Shown: positions 40,232 to 53,759, counted from the first letter of the stretch. The stretch: DNA of 64,000 nucleotides from Octopus sinensis (GCF_006345805.1 NC_042999.1:162688001-162752000), one strand, 5' to 3'. Program-made: numbers and translations. The notes: generated by a model not told the origin, from the sequence alone.

Positions 40232-42860
40232 TGTTATAGGAAACTAGTAATAATGGTACACCCCTCCCTCATGACAAGTGGAATAACCTAGTCACTATAA
40301 GAGAAGTACATGAAGAACCAGAGTACGTAATAGGCAGTTAGAGATAATTGTGTCTTTACTGATTTTACTAAATATACTGTATACCGAAGTGGGCGTTATA
40401 ATAATCCATGAGGATAAGCCAATTCATATGGAGTTACTAGAAACTTGAAGAGGAGTTAATAAACTCACAAAGTTTTGTTATGAAAATTTTCCAAAAAAAA
40501 ATTGGAAAATTATGGAAAATTTGTTCGCTGGTTTACTCGAGTTGCAAAAACAGCAACAACAGCAACTGAAAGAACAACAACAGCAGCAGATACAACTGCA
40601 AGAGCAACAACAGAAGCAACAACAACAACAACAAGTAATATTGCAGCAACAAATGCTGCAATTACTGAAGTCATCAGGAATATCAAAAAAAGTGTTCTTG
40701 ACAGACTATATTGTGAATTCAATAACAGACTTCAAATACGAATCTAATGAAGGAGTTACCTTCAAGGCATACTACAGAAGATGAGAGCAAATCTTTGAGA
40801 AAGAATGTAAAGATTAGGACAAGATGAAAACACAAACTTGAGAAAACTGGCAGCAACAGAACATGAACAATACAGTAATTATGTACACCCAAGAAAACCT
40901 TCGGACATAAACTTTAATGACACAATGGATATATTGTGTAAAATTTTCAGTGAAAAAAGCTCATTGTTCAACACATGTTGGAAGTGTCTGAACATAGAGA
41001 AAAACAATGGTGAGGATTACATCACATACACTGGTAGAGTAAACAGGGGATGCAAGAAGTTTAAGCTGGGCGAATTAATGCCAAACATGTTCAAATGCTT
41101 GATTTTTACACAGAGACTTACTACTGAAAAGGACACAGAAGTCAGAACTAGAATTCTTGCAAGGCTGCAACAAGACCAGGATGTAACCCTACAGCAAGTG
41201 TCAGAAGAATGTGAAAGGATAGTGAAATTAAGACACGGCAGGGAGGAAACTGAATGTAAAGATTGTTTCCAAGTAAAGCAAACGTGAAATAGTCAGAATA
41301 GAGATAAAGTGTTTTCTGAAAAATACAACAAAAATCAGGAAATAATCCCATGTTTTGCATGTGGAGGTATTTAAAAAAGTAGAGTGCTTTTGCTGTGGTA
41401 ATATAGGACATATAAAGATGCACTGTAGAACAAAGATGACAAATCTTCAGAACAAAGGAAAAAATAAATAGTATGACATTGGAAGAAATTGGCAATATAA
41501 TGAGAAAATTCATGAAGGTGAAAATCAGAAATACAAGCATTAAAAGGTAACTGGACACTGGTAGTGATATTATTATAAACGAAAAAATGAGGAAATATGT
41601 CGGTAAGCTGAAATTAATTAAATCTAAAAAGGTAGCACATTGTGTTACAGGGAAAAGATCATATTTTTTTCGTAAATTCACATGTAATGTAACATTTCGA
41701 AGTCAAACAAAAAAGGCAAAGATATATGTGCTAAAAAGTTCACTTAATTTATTTGTCACAGAGTGGATGGAACTATTGAAGTTGTGGAATATGCCCATAG
41801 GTGTTTTAAGTGGGAATATAATTGGTTCAGTTAAAGATTCAAATGCGGCTGAGGGACGGAAACACAAAATTGCAGTAAAACAAAGTGAAATACCAATATG
41901 TAAACCAAAATGAAATCAAAAATTGCCCCTGATAAAAACTAAACATTGTTCAAAAGTAGATGTTCCATGGTTGAGACTACACATTGATTTCACTGGTCCT
42001 TTAAATGGTTCTTACAACTGAGTGGTAGTTGATAGTTTTCTGAAATGGCCTAAAATTTGTAAGTGTGAAAAACCAACCTCCTCAACTGTGATAAATTGTT
42101 TACATGAATTGTTTGCAAGATTGGGCATCCCAGACAAGATAGTGTCTGACAATGAAACTTTGTGGTAGAACATAACTATGGTACCATACCATCATAGATC
42201 TGATGGACAGGCAGAACGCTTTGTTGATACCTTCAAAAGTGCCCTTAGAAAATCAAATAAGGAAGTCACGGATGAGGTGGCTCTACAACAGTTTTTAAGA
42301 GTGTACCATGTGACACCAAATCCAAATACACCAGCAGGTAGATCACCAGCGGAGCCGATGTTTGCAAAGAAAGTAAAATCAGTCTTTGATAAACTGCTAC
42401 CTGGCAAGAAAAGAGAAAAAGTGTCAGGGAAACCATAGCAAAATTCTTTAAAGTTGGTGAAAAGGTGTATATGAGGACATACAAGAATGGAAAACATAAT
42501 TGGGAACATGGCATAATTACCAAATGCATGTATCGAGTAAAAAGTAGCAAAGGCATAGAAAAGAGATTCGTGGAAAGCAAACCAAAGAAGTTGGAGGAAC
42601 CAATCGAATGATTGTAAGATACATTCCAAGTACCAATGCCACAACAGGTGATTGAACCCAGGTGTAAAAGTGAGAGGAAAAGAAAACAGAGTTCCTGAAA
42701 ATAGATGCCAAGCACAAAAAATATTACATAGTATGAAAAAAAGAACTCAAAAAAGGGAGGTGGGGGTGAATAAAAAAATTATTGCTAAATAAAATGACAC
42801 TTCCTAAGAAAAACTTAAAAAGGGAGATGTAGGGAATTAGTAATAATGGTACACTGCGTG
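40232..42860 (+). mobile_element. Ty3/Gypsy LTR-retrotransposon deletion derivative: polyQ gag, protease and integrase, no RT/RNase H
   Basis: LTR starts share tagtaataatggtacac; PPT aaaagggaga precedes TGT at 42828; LDTGSD, HIDFTGP, VSDN and GQAERFV motifs. Confidence 0.78.
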
Positions 42861-43262
42861 GCACTTTGGGTAGGTGTATTCTACTATAGCCCCGAGCCAA
42901 CCGAAGCTTTGTGATTGAATAACTGTTAAAATTGAACTGCACTCTTCAAAACTCACACTAAGAAGAAGGACAAGGAAAAATTACTACTTGCTTCTACAGC
43001 AAGTTGGTGCAGGTAGGTTATCCTGTTCCCCTACAACTTTACTTCATGCAATTGAAAAAAAACGCATTATTTAAGGGATGACCCAATTCTTTACTGTATT
43101 TTGTTTTCCATTCTATACTCTGAAATTAAAATTTTATTCCTGTAGGGGGGTATGAAAGCAAGTATTAGTACTATACAGCAGCAGCTCCAATAGATATTCA
43201 AATCATACAACAATGGGCTGTGTTTAATCAAAGGCAATTAATATTATAGTAGAGGAAATTAC

Positions 43263-43471
43263 TTGGCATAAGCTTTTTCAAGAAGAGCACTCCAAAATTC
43301 ATTTCTTTCTTTGGAGTGGATGAAAAGAAGTTGACCATTCCGAGTTGGAAGTTGGTCATCAATTACAACGTCAAGCCATTCACCATAACGCCAAAAGCGA
43401 AAATGAAAAATTCCTGCATATTCTTCAGGTTTTTCAGAATTCCAGTCTTGTGTTTCATGGTCAGGAATTAC
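43263..43471 (-). CDS. CAPN5: Calpain-5-like exon ([43 protein letters not shown]...[11 protein letters not shown])
   Basis: Calpain motifs GIFHFRFW, VVIDDxLP and [11 protein letters not shown]; tttccag acceptor and GT donor; ends AA, which joins the G of the next exon to make Lys. Confidence 0.93.
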
Positions 43472-43942
43472 CTGGAAACGGACAAAAATAAATTAAAATA
43501 TTTAAAATACATTTTTACAAATAGACTATAAATTGAAGGGAGGGGGTCAAAATGTTTGAATGATTGAACTTAGCTTCAAAACTCAGAGCCAGTTACAGGC
43601 TCTCTTTCTATCTATTGCTACTAGTTCTAGGAGTATATTGAGTGCCATACCAGACTATTATAGCACCTGTATATATATATATATAAACAATATTAGTAAT
43701 AAGGATTATTACAAACTTGCATAGCGTTTCCTTTAATTCTTTTGATATATATATATATAGCTTTACATAGACCAACACATGTTTCAACGGCACTGATTAA
43801 TAACCATTGCAATTGCAACCCTACTGCAAATACCAGTGCAGTCACTTCAGGTTCTTTAAATATACTTCGATTTAACAGTTTAAAGTTTTTTGTTTATCTA
43901 TTCTGTGTTGTATATGTATATATATCTGCACACACATACATA

Positions 43943-44165
43943 TCATCATCATCACTGTTTAACGTCTGCTTTCCATGCTAGCATGGGTTGGACGATTTGA
44001 CTGAGGACTGGCAAACCAGATGGCTGCACCAGGCTCCAATCTTGATCTGGCAGAGTTTCTACAGCTGGATGCCCTTCCTAATGCCAACCACTCCAAGAAT
44101 GTAGTGGGTGCTGTTACATGTCACCGGCACGAGGGCCAGTCAGGCGGTACTGGCGACAGCTACGA
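43943..44165 (-). mobile_element. Family R repeat
   Basis: Family match. Confidence 0.72.
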
Positions 44166-44204
44166 AAAAATTATGCTTTTGTTTTACACATATACAAATC
44201 AAAG

Positions 44205-45030
44205 GAAAATTGACTGAGAAGATAGCTTTCATGTGCGGCAGATGCACAGGAGCAATAGACACCACAGATACTCAGAAAACAGATTCCATCACACTCCAGG
44301 GGATGAAACAAGAAGTAGTTGATAATTTCCGCTACCTAAGTGACCAAGTTAGTAGTGGAGGTGGATGCTCAGAGAGTGTTACCACTAGAATAAGAATAGC
44401 CTGGGCAAAGTTTAGGAAGCTTCTTCCCCTACTGGCGACAAAGGGTCTCTCGCTTAGAGTGAAAGGTAGATTGTACGACGCATGTGTGCGAACTACCTTG
44501 CTTCACAGCAGTGAAACATGGGCTGTGGCTGTGGAGAACATGCGTAGGCTTGAAAGAAATGAAGCTAGCATGATCTGCTGGATGTGTAATGTCAGTGTCC
44601 ATAAACGACAGAGTGTAAACGCCCCGAGAGTAATGTTGGGCATAAGAAGTATCAGATGCAGCATGCAGGAGAGACGTTTGTGTTGGTATGGTCATGTACT
44701 ATAGATGGATGAGGAGAGATGTGTGAAGAAGTGCCACTCCCAAAATGTTGAAGGAATCTGGGATAGTGGTAGACCCAGGAAGACATGGCACGAGGTGGTC
44801 AAGCATGACCTTTGTACGTTGAACCTCACAGAGGCTATGACAAAAGACCGAGACGTCTGGAGATATGCTGTGACTTTGAAGACCCGACAAAAGAAGTGAG
44901 TTCTGGCTTGCAGGACGGCCTGCTGTACTTGAGGAGACCTATTGTGTCAAGCACATCAACATCAAAACAAAACAAAAACCGAATGGATATTGTAGTAGTG
45001 ATACCCGTGCCGGTGGCACGTAGGGCCTCA
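44205..45030 (+). mobile_element. RTE LINE RT 3' part
   Basis: VVDNFRYLSD, RIRIAWAKF, LLHSSETW, RLCWYGHV, GRPRKTW. Confidence 0.82.
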
Positions 45031-45161
45031 CAGAGGAAATGACGAAGACCTCTGAGATATGCTGTGACTGTGATGACCCGACAAATGAAGTTAGTTCATG
45101 GCTCACGGGACGGCTTATTTATATGCACACAATCTTTCTTATACCCTCAGATATCAATGTA

Positions 45162-45207
<46 letters not shown>

Positions 45208-45255
45208 TATATACACACACACACACATATATATATATATGTGTGTGTGTGTGTG

Positions 45256-45292
<37 letters not shown>

Positions 45293-45294
<2 letters not shown>

Positions 45295-45584
45295 CTTATA
45301 AAATAAGGGCAAAATAAAAATTCTAATGCCAAATACGCCCCAAAAATTTTTTTTCAAAAAAAAATTTACCCTACATTAGTTGTAAATTTAAGTGTTCACT
45401 TCCGGATTCTGTCACTCGGTGAAAGTTTCTAGTTCGAATCACACGTGTCTCAAGATGTGCCGAAGATTTTCTATTTTGGATGTATTGTTTCAAGACGCAT
45501 AAATTATAATGGTTATGGACAATTTTGTCTTTTTTTCGGAATATTTGGCATTAGAATTTTTCTTTTGCCCTTATTTTATAAGTT
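45293..45584. repeat. Foldback element with 43-bp inverted arms
   Basis: 45293-45335 versus 45542-45584, one mismatch. Confidence 0.7.
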
Positions 45585-45734
45585 ATTTATAAATTTAACT
45601 TTTAAAGGTATTTTTTGATATGCTGGCCATTGATAAGATTTTTTTTCGAAAAACTTTTTATCCTACATTAGTTGTATATATATATATATACACACACACA
45701 CACATATATATATATGCATATATATATGAATATG

Positions 45735-45781
<47 letters not shown>

Positions 45782-46167
45782 GCGGATCTTTTCAATATCG
45801 TGGCCAGGACCCCAGATCTTTCTAGTTAACTAAATAATTTGAAACTTCGTGTACTCATAGAGTGGAACTAGTTTATTCGCCAGTTGGAACTAGTTTATTT
45901 GAGAAAAATCTATTTTATGACTTTAATCGTAGATTAAAACTGCGAATTTTAACCAATGAGATTGCTTGTTTTCATATGTAAAACGTTACTGCGATCTGTT
46001 AGTGTGACGTGTGAAAGCAGTTTTGACGTAGTCTGCTCTCTCTTTGTAAGTCTGTCTGCCTCCCCCTCTCTTACTATATTACATTTATCTTGCTTGAACT
46101 CATTGAAATAAAACGTCCTCCTTTTTTTCTGTCTGTCTGTCCTTTTCTCTCTCTCTCCCTCTCCCTA

Positions 46168-46208
<41 letters not shown>

Positions 46209-46867
46209 GTATACATGTATGTTCATATATGTATGTAAATATTTATGAAATAAATAAACACACATATTCCTGCGGATGTATTAAATATCTAAAATGTGTG
46301 AGCCTTATATAATTAAACTGATGATATATATATATATATATACACATATATATATGTGTGTGTGTGTGCGTGCGTGTAATGTATGTATAATTATATATAT
46401 GCGTGTGTGAGCGTGTGTGTGTGTGTGTGTGTGATGAAAGGCAAAATCGACCTCGGCGGAGATGCCACTTCTTAATAGCAAACGAAAGCGCTTTGTTTAC
46501 ATTTAAGATGTTTAATACGTCACGAAATTGGTGGTCGAGACGGAGTAAATAAAATAAAGCCGAATGACGGAATATCATTGGTTAAAATTCTAATTATTAA
46601 ACAACGTTAAACTTAGAAGTTACAATTCCATTTTCATTCTGGTTTACAATTAAGTTTACTTTTGACACATTCTACCAGTATACGAAGTTTCAAATTGTTT
46701 GGTTCAGTAGGAAAAATTTGAAAAAACTGGCTTCAGAATAGAAAAGATCCATATATGCATATATATATACATACATATATATATGTTTTGGCTTATGTTT
46801 TTCACTGTTTGATTTGCCTAATAGTGGTTTTATCTCTAATTTAATTTATATATATATATATATATAG

Positions 46868-48840
46868 ATTGAAAAAGATGGTACACTCACAGGGAAAGAG
46901 CAGACAAAGAAGCCTGGGCTATAGACAACATAAAATCTAACCCCAGAGCTTTCTACAAGTTTGCCAAAGAAACAGCTATGGTGCAATGTAGGATAGGGCA
47001 ACTCCTTGAAAAAGATGGTACACTCACAGAAAATCTAATGAGGATAAGTGAAATACTAAATGAGCAAGTCAAAAGTATTTTCACTCCACCCCTAGGGCAT
47101 TTTCAAGTCAGCAATCCAACTGACTTCTTTACCACTGCAGATATAAAATCAGAGGCAACGATGATTAATTACATCAATATAAAGGAAGACGATGTAATAA
47201 GGGCTATAGATGAAATGAACCCAACCTCAGCTACTGGCCCCGATGAATTCCCAGCAATCCTTCTAAAAGTATGTAAGCGCGTCCTAGCAAGACCACTGCA
47301 GTTTCTCTTTCAGAGCTTCCTTGCCACTGGCAAAATTCCAAGAAAACTGAAGGAAGGTGAAATATGCCCTATTCATAAAGGAGGTAGCAGAGCGGAGACC
47401 AAGAACCACAGACCTATCTCTCTGACCTCACATATCAGCAAGGTCATGGAACGAATAGTCAGAAGGAAACTAATCACCTTCCTTGAAGAAAATAACTTGC
47501 TGCCTGACACCCAACATGGTTTCCGACCAGGAAGAAGCTGCCTAACTCAACTCCTACAACACTATGCCTGGGTGTTGAAACAACTACTCAACCACTCAAA
47601 TGTGGAAGTGATATATCTCGACTTTGCAAAGGCCTTTGATAAAGTCGATCATGTAATGATATGTCACAAACTGCGTGATCTTGGCATAGTTGGAAAATTG
47701 GGAGAATGGCTTCATGACTTTCTGAAGGATAGAAGTCAGGTGGTAGTAGCCAATGGGGCCACTTCCATTAACACGGAAATAGTGAGCGGTGTTCCGCAAG
47801 GCACTGTTTTGGGACCACTACTGTTCATAATGGCCCTCTCAGACATGCCCTCAGCCACGCAGAGAGCCACGATCACAAGTTATGCAGATGATACAAAAGT
47901 TTCACAGGCAATACAGAACCCTGAAGACACTAAGCACCTGCAATGTGAGTTGGACAAAATATACAAGTGGGCTGAAAAGAATAGCATGCAGTTCAATGCT
48001 GAAAAGTTTCAAGCTTTATGCTATCAGCATGCAAAACTAAATGCAATACCCAATAAATACACTGGACCTGGAGGGATTGCAATTCCAGAGGCACAATCAG
48101 TGCAAGACCTGGGTATTTACATGAGTAATGATGCAACCTTTCATGTGCATGTTGCTAAATTGGCAATGAAATGTAGGTGGCTGACCAGATGGATTCTTAG
48201 AGCTTTTAGAACAAGTGACCAAGAAACCATGATGGTCCTCTGGAGGACACTTGTCCTAAGCCAATTGACTATTGCTCTCAGCTATGGTCACCATCCAGTG
48301 TCAAGTTGATCACAGAACTTGAGGTGATCCAACGAAGCTACATGAAGAAGATAGCCTCTGTGCAGCATATAAGCTATTGGGAAAGACTCAAGAGATTAAG
48401 ACTCTATTCCTTAGAGTATAGGCGAGAAAGATATGCCATAATATACATCTGGAAGATCCTGGAAGGACTTGTCCCAAACTTTGGCATTGAGACAAATACT
48501 AGAACTGGGCGCCACTGCATAGTGCCAAGGACTCCAAATTTGCCAACAAGATGTAGGACAAGATACTGCGATAGCCTGGGCTTCAGAGGTCCACAGCTCT
48601 TCAATATCTTCCCAAAGGACCTGAGATACCTGCATGGGGTGGATGCAGATGTCTTTAAAATAAAGCTAGACCTCTTCCTGTCAGGTGTTCCAGATGAACC
48701 AACTTCACGACAGGAGGTGCAGATGAGGGCAGCTGCATCAAACTCTCTCATGCACCAAATGTCAATTACTAAAAATCATTCGTGAAGTAAAATCATGTAG
48801 CAACACCAAATGGCAGTGCCCCAGCATGGCCTCAGCTAGA
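46868..48840 (+). mobile_element. CR1/L2-group LINE, 5'-truncated, RT largely intact
   Basis: 443-aa ORF with QHGFRPGRSC, YLDFAKAFDKV, SGVPQGTVLGP and YADD; one frameshift near 48265. Confidence 0.88.
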
Positions 48841-48897
48841 TGAAGTGATATATATATATGCATATATATCTATATATGCATATATATATATATGCAC

Positions 48898-48928
<31 letters not shown>

Positions 48929-49059
48929 TCATATGTACATATATAATTTACATATATATGCACATATATATATACACACACACATATATTATATATGATA
49001 TACAGCGGATATATTTATATATATATATAAACACACACACACACACATATATATATACA

Positions 49060-49100
<41 letters not shown>

Positions 49101-49199
49101 TATATATGCACATATATATATGCATATGCATATATATATATATGCATTATATATATATACATGTATATATGCACATATATATATATAATATATATATTA

Positions 49200-49490
49200 T
49201 ATCTCAAGCTTGCTGAATCTTCTCATCAGAGGTGGAGGTTGATGGGCATCCTGCTTCCTCTTCAGGTGTCACACTTGTCTGGCCACTTTTAAACTTCTCA
49301 ATCCACTCATACACACTGCTACATAGTAGTGCACTGTCCTTGTATTGTGGTAAAATCCTCCGATGAATTTCAGCACCTCACACATCTTCCGACCAGAGAA
49401 ATCGGATCACTTTTCTTTGTTCGTCTTTGGTGCACATTACTAGTGGAGCAGGTTTGCTTACACTGTAAAGCCAGAAAAAAAAATGGTGCA
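49200..49490 (-). mobile_element. mariner-type transposase N-terminal fragment
   Basis: VYEWIEKFKSGQTSV...GCPSTS HTH-like stretch. Confidence 0.5.
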
Positions 49491-49509
49491 ATCAGGTTCA
49501 AACTTTATA

Positions 49510-49990
49510 ATAATAATAATAATAATAATTGTGTACAGTGCTCAGGTGCACTACAACTCATCTAAGTGTATATATAATCAGGTGTAGTTTCGGCAGATTT
49601 CGGAAAGCATGAGGGCCTTAAAGGATGCAGTGTCATGGCAGTCAACAACTGACGCAGGCAGTTTATTCCATGCTTCCGCAACTCTGAGCGTGAAAAAATG
49701 TTTCCGAAAGTCATGAGAGCTGTATTGTTTTCTGACTTTGTAGGCATGTCCACGTGTGTTAGACACATGAAGATCCAAAAGGTGTTCAATGTTGTTGTTG
49801 GTGAGGTGGTTGATAACTTTGTGGGTGTTTACCAAGTCCGTCGCCAGACGCCGGAGTTTCAGTGAATCCATGCCCAGGGAAACAAGGTGCTCAGAATATG
49901 GTAGGTGTCTGATGGAGGGTATGCGTTTGGTTGCACGTCTCTGGACCACAATATTACCAACTATAAACATCCATGTGCAGAAGGCAGTGT
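49510..49990 (-). mobile_element. CR1 LINE 3' end
   Basis: RRATK, NTRGH, RKHFFTLRVAEAWNKLP; (att)n tail. Confidence 0.75.
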
Positions 49991-50398
49991 GACAATAATA
50001 AAGATATGTTATGGTAAAAGTGTGGATAATTTTGGTCTTCCCCTTGTATATATTTATATATATATACAAACATTTATGTATATTTGCATATATACACAGT
50101 AAATGGTGCAAATAGAGGTAAGTGTAAATACGAGTAGGTTTAAATGAAGAAAAGTGTAGAAAGAAAATGTAGACAGGTTTTCTACACTTTCAGTAGGATT
50201 TGCAATAACAACAGAAGTAGTACTAATAACAATTACAAGAATAACAAAACAACAGAATAGTAGTAATGTCACCAACAACAATGACAATAACAAGAAAAAC
50301 AGTGAGTTTCATATACAGAAATAAATTCAAAGACTGCAATGACTATTAGAACATTTACAAAGGATGAAAAATAACCAAAAATAAAATTAAATATTTAC

Positions 50399-50530
50399 TC
50401 TATTCCAGACGTCTTTGTAGTTTGCTAAACATGACATAGCAGCAACAAACCAGCAGTTACCAACTGATCCTTGGGTAACATCACCACTGTGAGCTCCCTC
50501 AACAAACAACTTTGGGGATTCACATATATC
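50399..50530 (-). CDS. CAPN5: Calpain-5-like exon with catalytic Cys (DICESPKLFVEGAHSGDVTQGSVGNCWFVAAMSCLANYKDVWNR)
   Basis: Hand translation; QGxxGNCW calpain active-site motif; acceptor ttttag and donor GTAAAT; 132 bp, phase 0/0. Confidence 0.92.
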
Positions 50531-50911
50531 CTAAAAAATATTAAAATTCTGAGATTAGAATGAGTGAAAAAATTCTTTTAACAGATAAAATACTAAGAGA
50601 AATCAATGTCATGAGCAACAGAGAAAAACTTCCAATGAATCTACTTTGTGATGCAGTTTCAATACAAATTTCATGTCATTTTACTTAAATTATAATTCAA
50701 TGGAGGTATATTTCAGTACTTAATAAATTGCTGATGGACCAATATTTGGCTTACTGTGATTTATAATGTATTATACTACTTTGACAAAGATCATAAGTCT
50801 ATATAGAAATGGTAAGTGTAGACTAACATTTCAGGCCTGATTCTTCATCTCACAGAAATTAGTGTTCATATACATATATTTATAGATATATATACATATA
50901 TTTATATATAT

Positions 50912-50990
<79 letters not shown>

Positions 50991-51030
50991 CATATATTAT
51001 ACTATATATACATATATATTATATAGATAC

Positions 51031-51065
<35 letters not shown>

Positions 51066-51211
51066 CATATTATATATATATAATATATATATATATACAT
51101 TATATATACTATAACATATATATATACATATATATACATATACATATATATACATATTACATATATATATATACATATATAATACATATATATATATATA
51201 CATATATCATC

Positions 51212-51550
51212 ATAATCATCATCATCGTTTAACGTTCCGTTTCCGCGCTAGCACGGGTTGGACGGTTCGACCGGGGTCTGGGAAGCCAGGGGCGCTCCAG
51301 TCTGATCTGGCAGAGTTTCTACGGCTGGATGCCCTTCCTAACGCCAGCCACCCGTGAGTGGAGTGGGTGCTTTTTACGTGCCACCTGCACAGGGGCCGGG
51401 GGGCCGGCATCGGTCACGATCGGTTCAAGGCTTTTGAACGTGCCCGCGGCACGGGGGCAACAGGGATCCGGGGTAGGGGGGTACTTGAATGGGTAGGGGT
51501 GGGGAAGGTTGGGGGGGTAAGGAGGAACGATGGCAGGAAGGGTTGGTGCA
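51212..51550 (-). mobile_element. Family R repeat, degrading into low-quality sequence before the gap
   Basis: Family match with many indels. Confidence 0.6.
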
Positions 51551-51650
51551 NNNNNNNNNNNNNNNNNNNNNNNNNNNNNNNNNNNNNNNNNNNNNNNNNN
51601 NNNNNNNNNNNNNNNNNNNNNNNNNNNNNNNNNNNNNNNNNNNNNNNNNN
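51551..51650. other. Assembly gap (100 N)
   Basis: Direct read. Confidence 0.99.
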
Positions 51651-52220
51651 AAATATACAAGTGGGATGTGAAAAGAATAGCATGCTGTTCATGCTGAAAA
51701 GTTTAAAGCTTTATGCTATCAGCATGCAAAACTAAATGCAATACCCAATAAATACACTGGACCTGGAGGGATTGCAATTTCAGAGGCACAATCAGTGCAA
51801 GACCTGGGTATTTACATGAGTAATGATGCAACCTTTCATGTGCATGTTGCTAAATTGGCAATGAAATGTAGGTGGCTGACCAGATGGATTCTTAGAGCCT
51901 TTAGAACAAGAGACCAGGAAACCATGATGGTCCTCTGGAGGACACTTGTCCTAAGCCACTTTGACTATTGCTCTCAGCTATGGTCACCATCCAGTGTCAA
52001 ATTAATCATAGAACATGAGACGATCCAATGAAACTACATGAAGAAGATAGCCTCTGTGCAGCATATAAGCTATTGGGAAAGACTCAAGAGATTAAGACTC
52101 TATTCCTTAGAGCGTAGGCAAGAAAGATATGCCATAATATACATCTGGAAGATCCTGGAAGGACTTGTCCCAAACTTTGGCATCGGGAGTTACACAAATA
52201 CTAGAACTGGGTGCCACTGC
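51651..52220 (+). mobile_element. Second copy of the CR1/L2-group LINE RT 3' part
   Basis: Near-identical to ~47958-48520, with substitutions. Confidence 0.8.
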
Positions 52221-52375
52221 AATCTGCAATCTCATCAGCATAGTCTGTTGTATAGAAATACAATTTGCAGGACTAGATACAAAAACGCTTGACCGAGTCC
52301 CGGTCAAGCGTTTTTGTATCTAGTCCTGCAAATTGTGTTTGTATAGGAGAGACTATGCTGATGAGATTGCAGATT
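52221..52375. repeat. ~75-bp-stem hairpin with a 5-nt loop
   Basis: 35-bp perfect inner arms 52261-52295 / 52301-52335; 26-bp perfect outer arms 52221-52246 / 52350-52375. Confidence 0.9.
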
Positions 52376-52427
52376 TCCACGTATCCATATGCGTGGATAT
52401 TAACAATCGAAACTGATCGGTACATAG
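52353..52427 (+). ncRNA. Orphan type I hammerhead ribozyme (family C)
   Basis: Stem I ctatg/catag; CTGATGA 52358-52364; stem II gattg/caatc with inner 8-bp hairpin; GAAA 52409-52412; near-palindromic stem III ctgatcgg; GUA site. Confidence 0.75.
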
Positions 52428-52615
52428 GTAATCGTTATTATTTCCTATATTTTCATTTGTCTTTGGTTTGTGCTGAGTTTTTATTTGAGAACACATTCTT
52501 CATGGAAAATAGTGATTTGACATCAATATCTAGCATGTTGACCGTCCACTTTTAGTGGTCAGTCTTTAAATTTTGTATATATACATATATATACATATAT
52601 AACATATATATATAT

Positions 52616-52652
<37 letters not shown>

Positions 52653-52774
52653 TATACATATATATATATATACATATATATACATATAATATATACATAT
52701 ATACATATATATACATACATATATACATATATACATATAATATACATATATATATATATATATATATAACGTGG

Positions 52775-53179
52775 GTACCAGTGCCGGTGGCACTTTGGAC
52801 ACAGAAAACCATCCGAACGTGGCGTAGGCCATTAGCCAGTTACCGCATCGACTGGCCTCCGTGCTGTGGGCCCGTAACAAACACCATCCGATCGTGGCCT
52901 TTGCCAGCCTCATCTGCACCTGTGTCGGTGGCACATAAAAAACACCATCCGAGCGTGGGGTCGTCTGCCAGCCTCGTCTGGCACCTGTGTCGGTGGCACA
53001 TAAAATCACCCACTACACTCTCGGAGTGGTTGGCGTTAGGAAGGGCATCCAGCTGTAGAAACACTGCCAGATCTGACTGGACTGGTGCAGCTTTCGGGCT
53101 CCCCAGACCCCAGTTGAACCGTCCAACCCATGCTAGCATGGAAAGCGGACGTTAAATGATGATGATGATGATGATGATG
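52775..53179 (+). mobile_element. Family R repeat
   Basis: Family match to 33290-33768. Confidence 0.75.
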
Positions 53180-53694
53180 ATACATATATATATATACATA
53201 TATACATATACATATATACATATATATACATATATATATATACATATATATACATATATATATATAATATATACATATACATATATACATATATATACAT
53301 ATACATATATATACATATATATATACATACATATATATACATATATATATACATATAAATACTATATATATACATATATATACATATATAATTACATATA
53401 TACATAATATACATATATAGACATATATATATATATATATATACATATACATACACATATATACATATATATATATACATATATACATATATATACATAT
53501 ATAGACATATATATATATATATATACATATACATACACATATATACATATATATATATACATATATACATACACATATATACATATATATATATATACAT
53601 ATATACATATATACATATATAGACATATATATATATACATATATACATATACATACACATATATACATATATATATATATACATATACATACAC

Positions 53695-53739
<45 letters not shown>

Positions 53740-53759
53740 TATACATATATATAGTCCAA

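Noticed and set aside
40512-40784. PolyQ host protein
   Set aside because: It is the gag N-terminus of the Gypsy remnant, between an LTR and protease/integrase
52221-52375. Pre-miRNA
   Set aside because: The stem is longer and more perfect than typical and overlaps a hammerhead core; an inverted pLTR explains it better, though it is not excluded without small-RNA data
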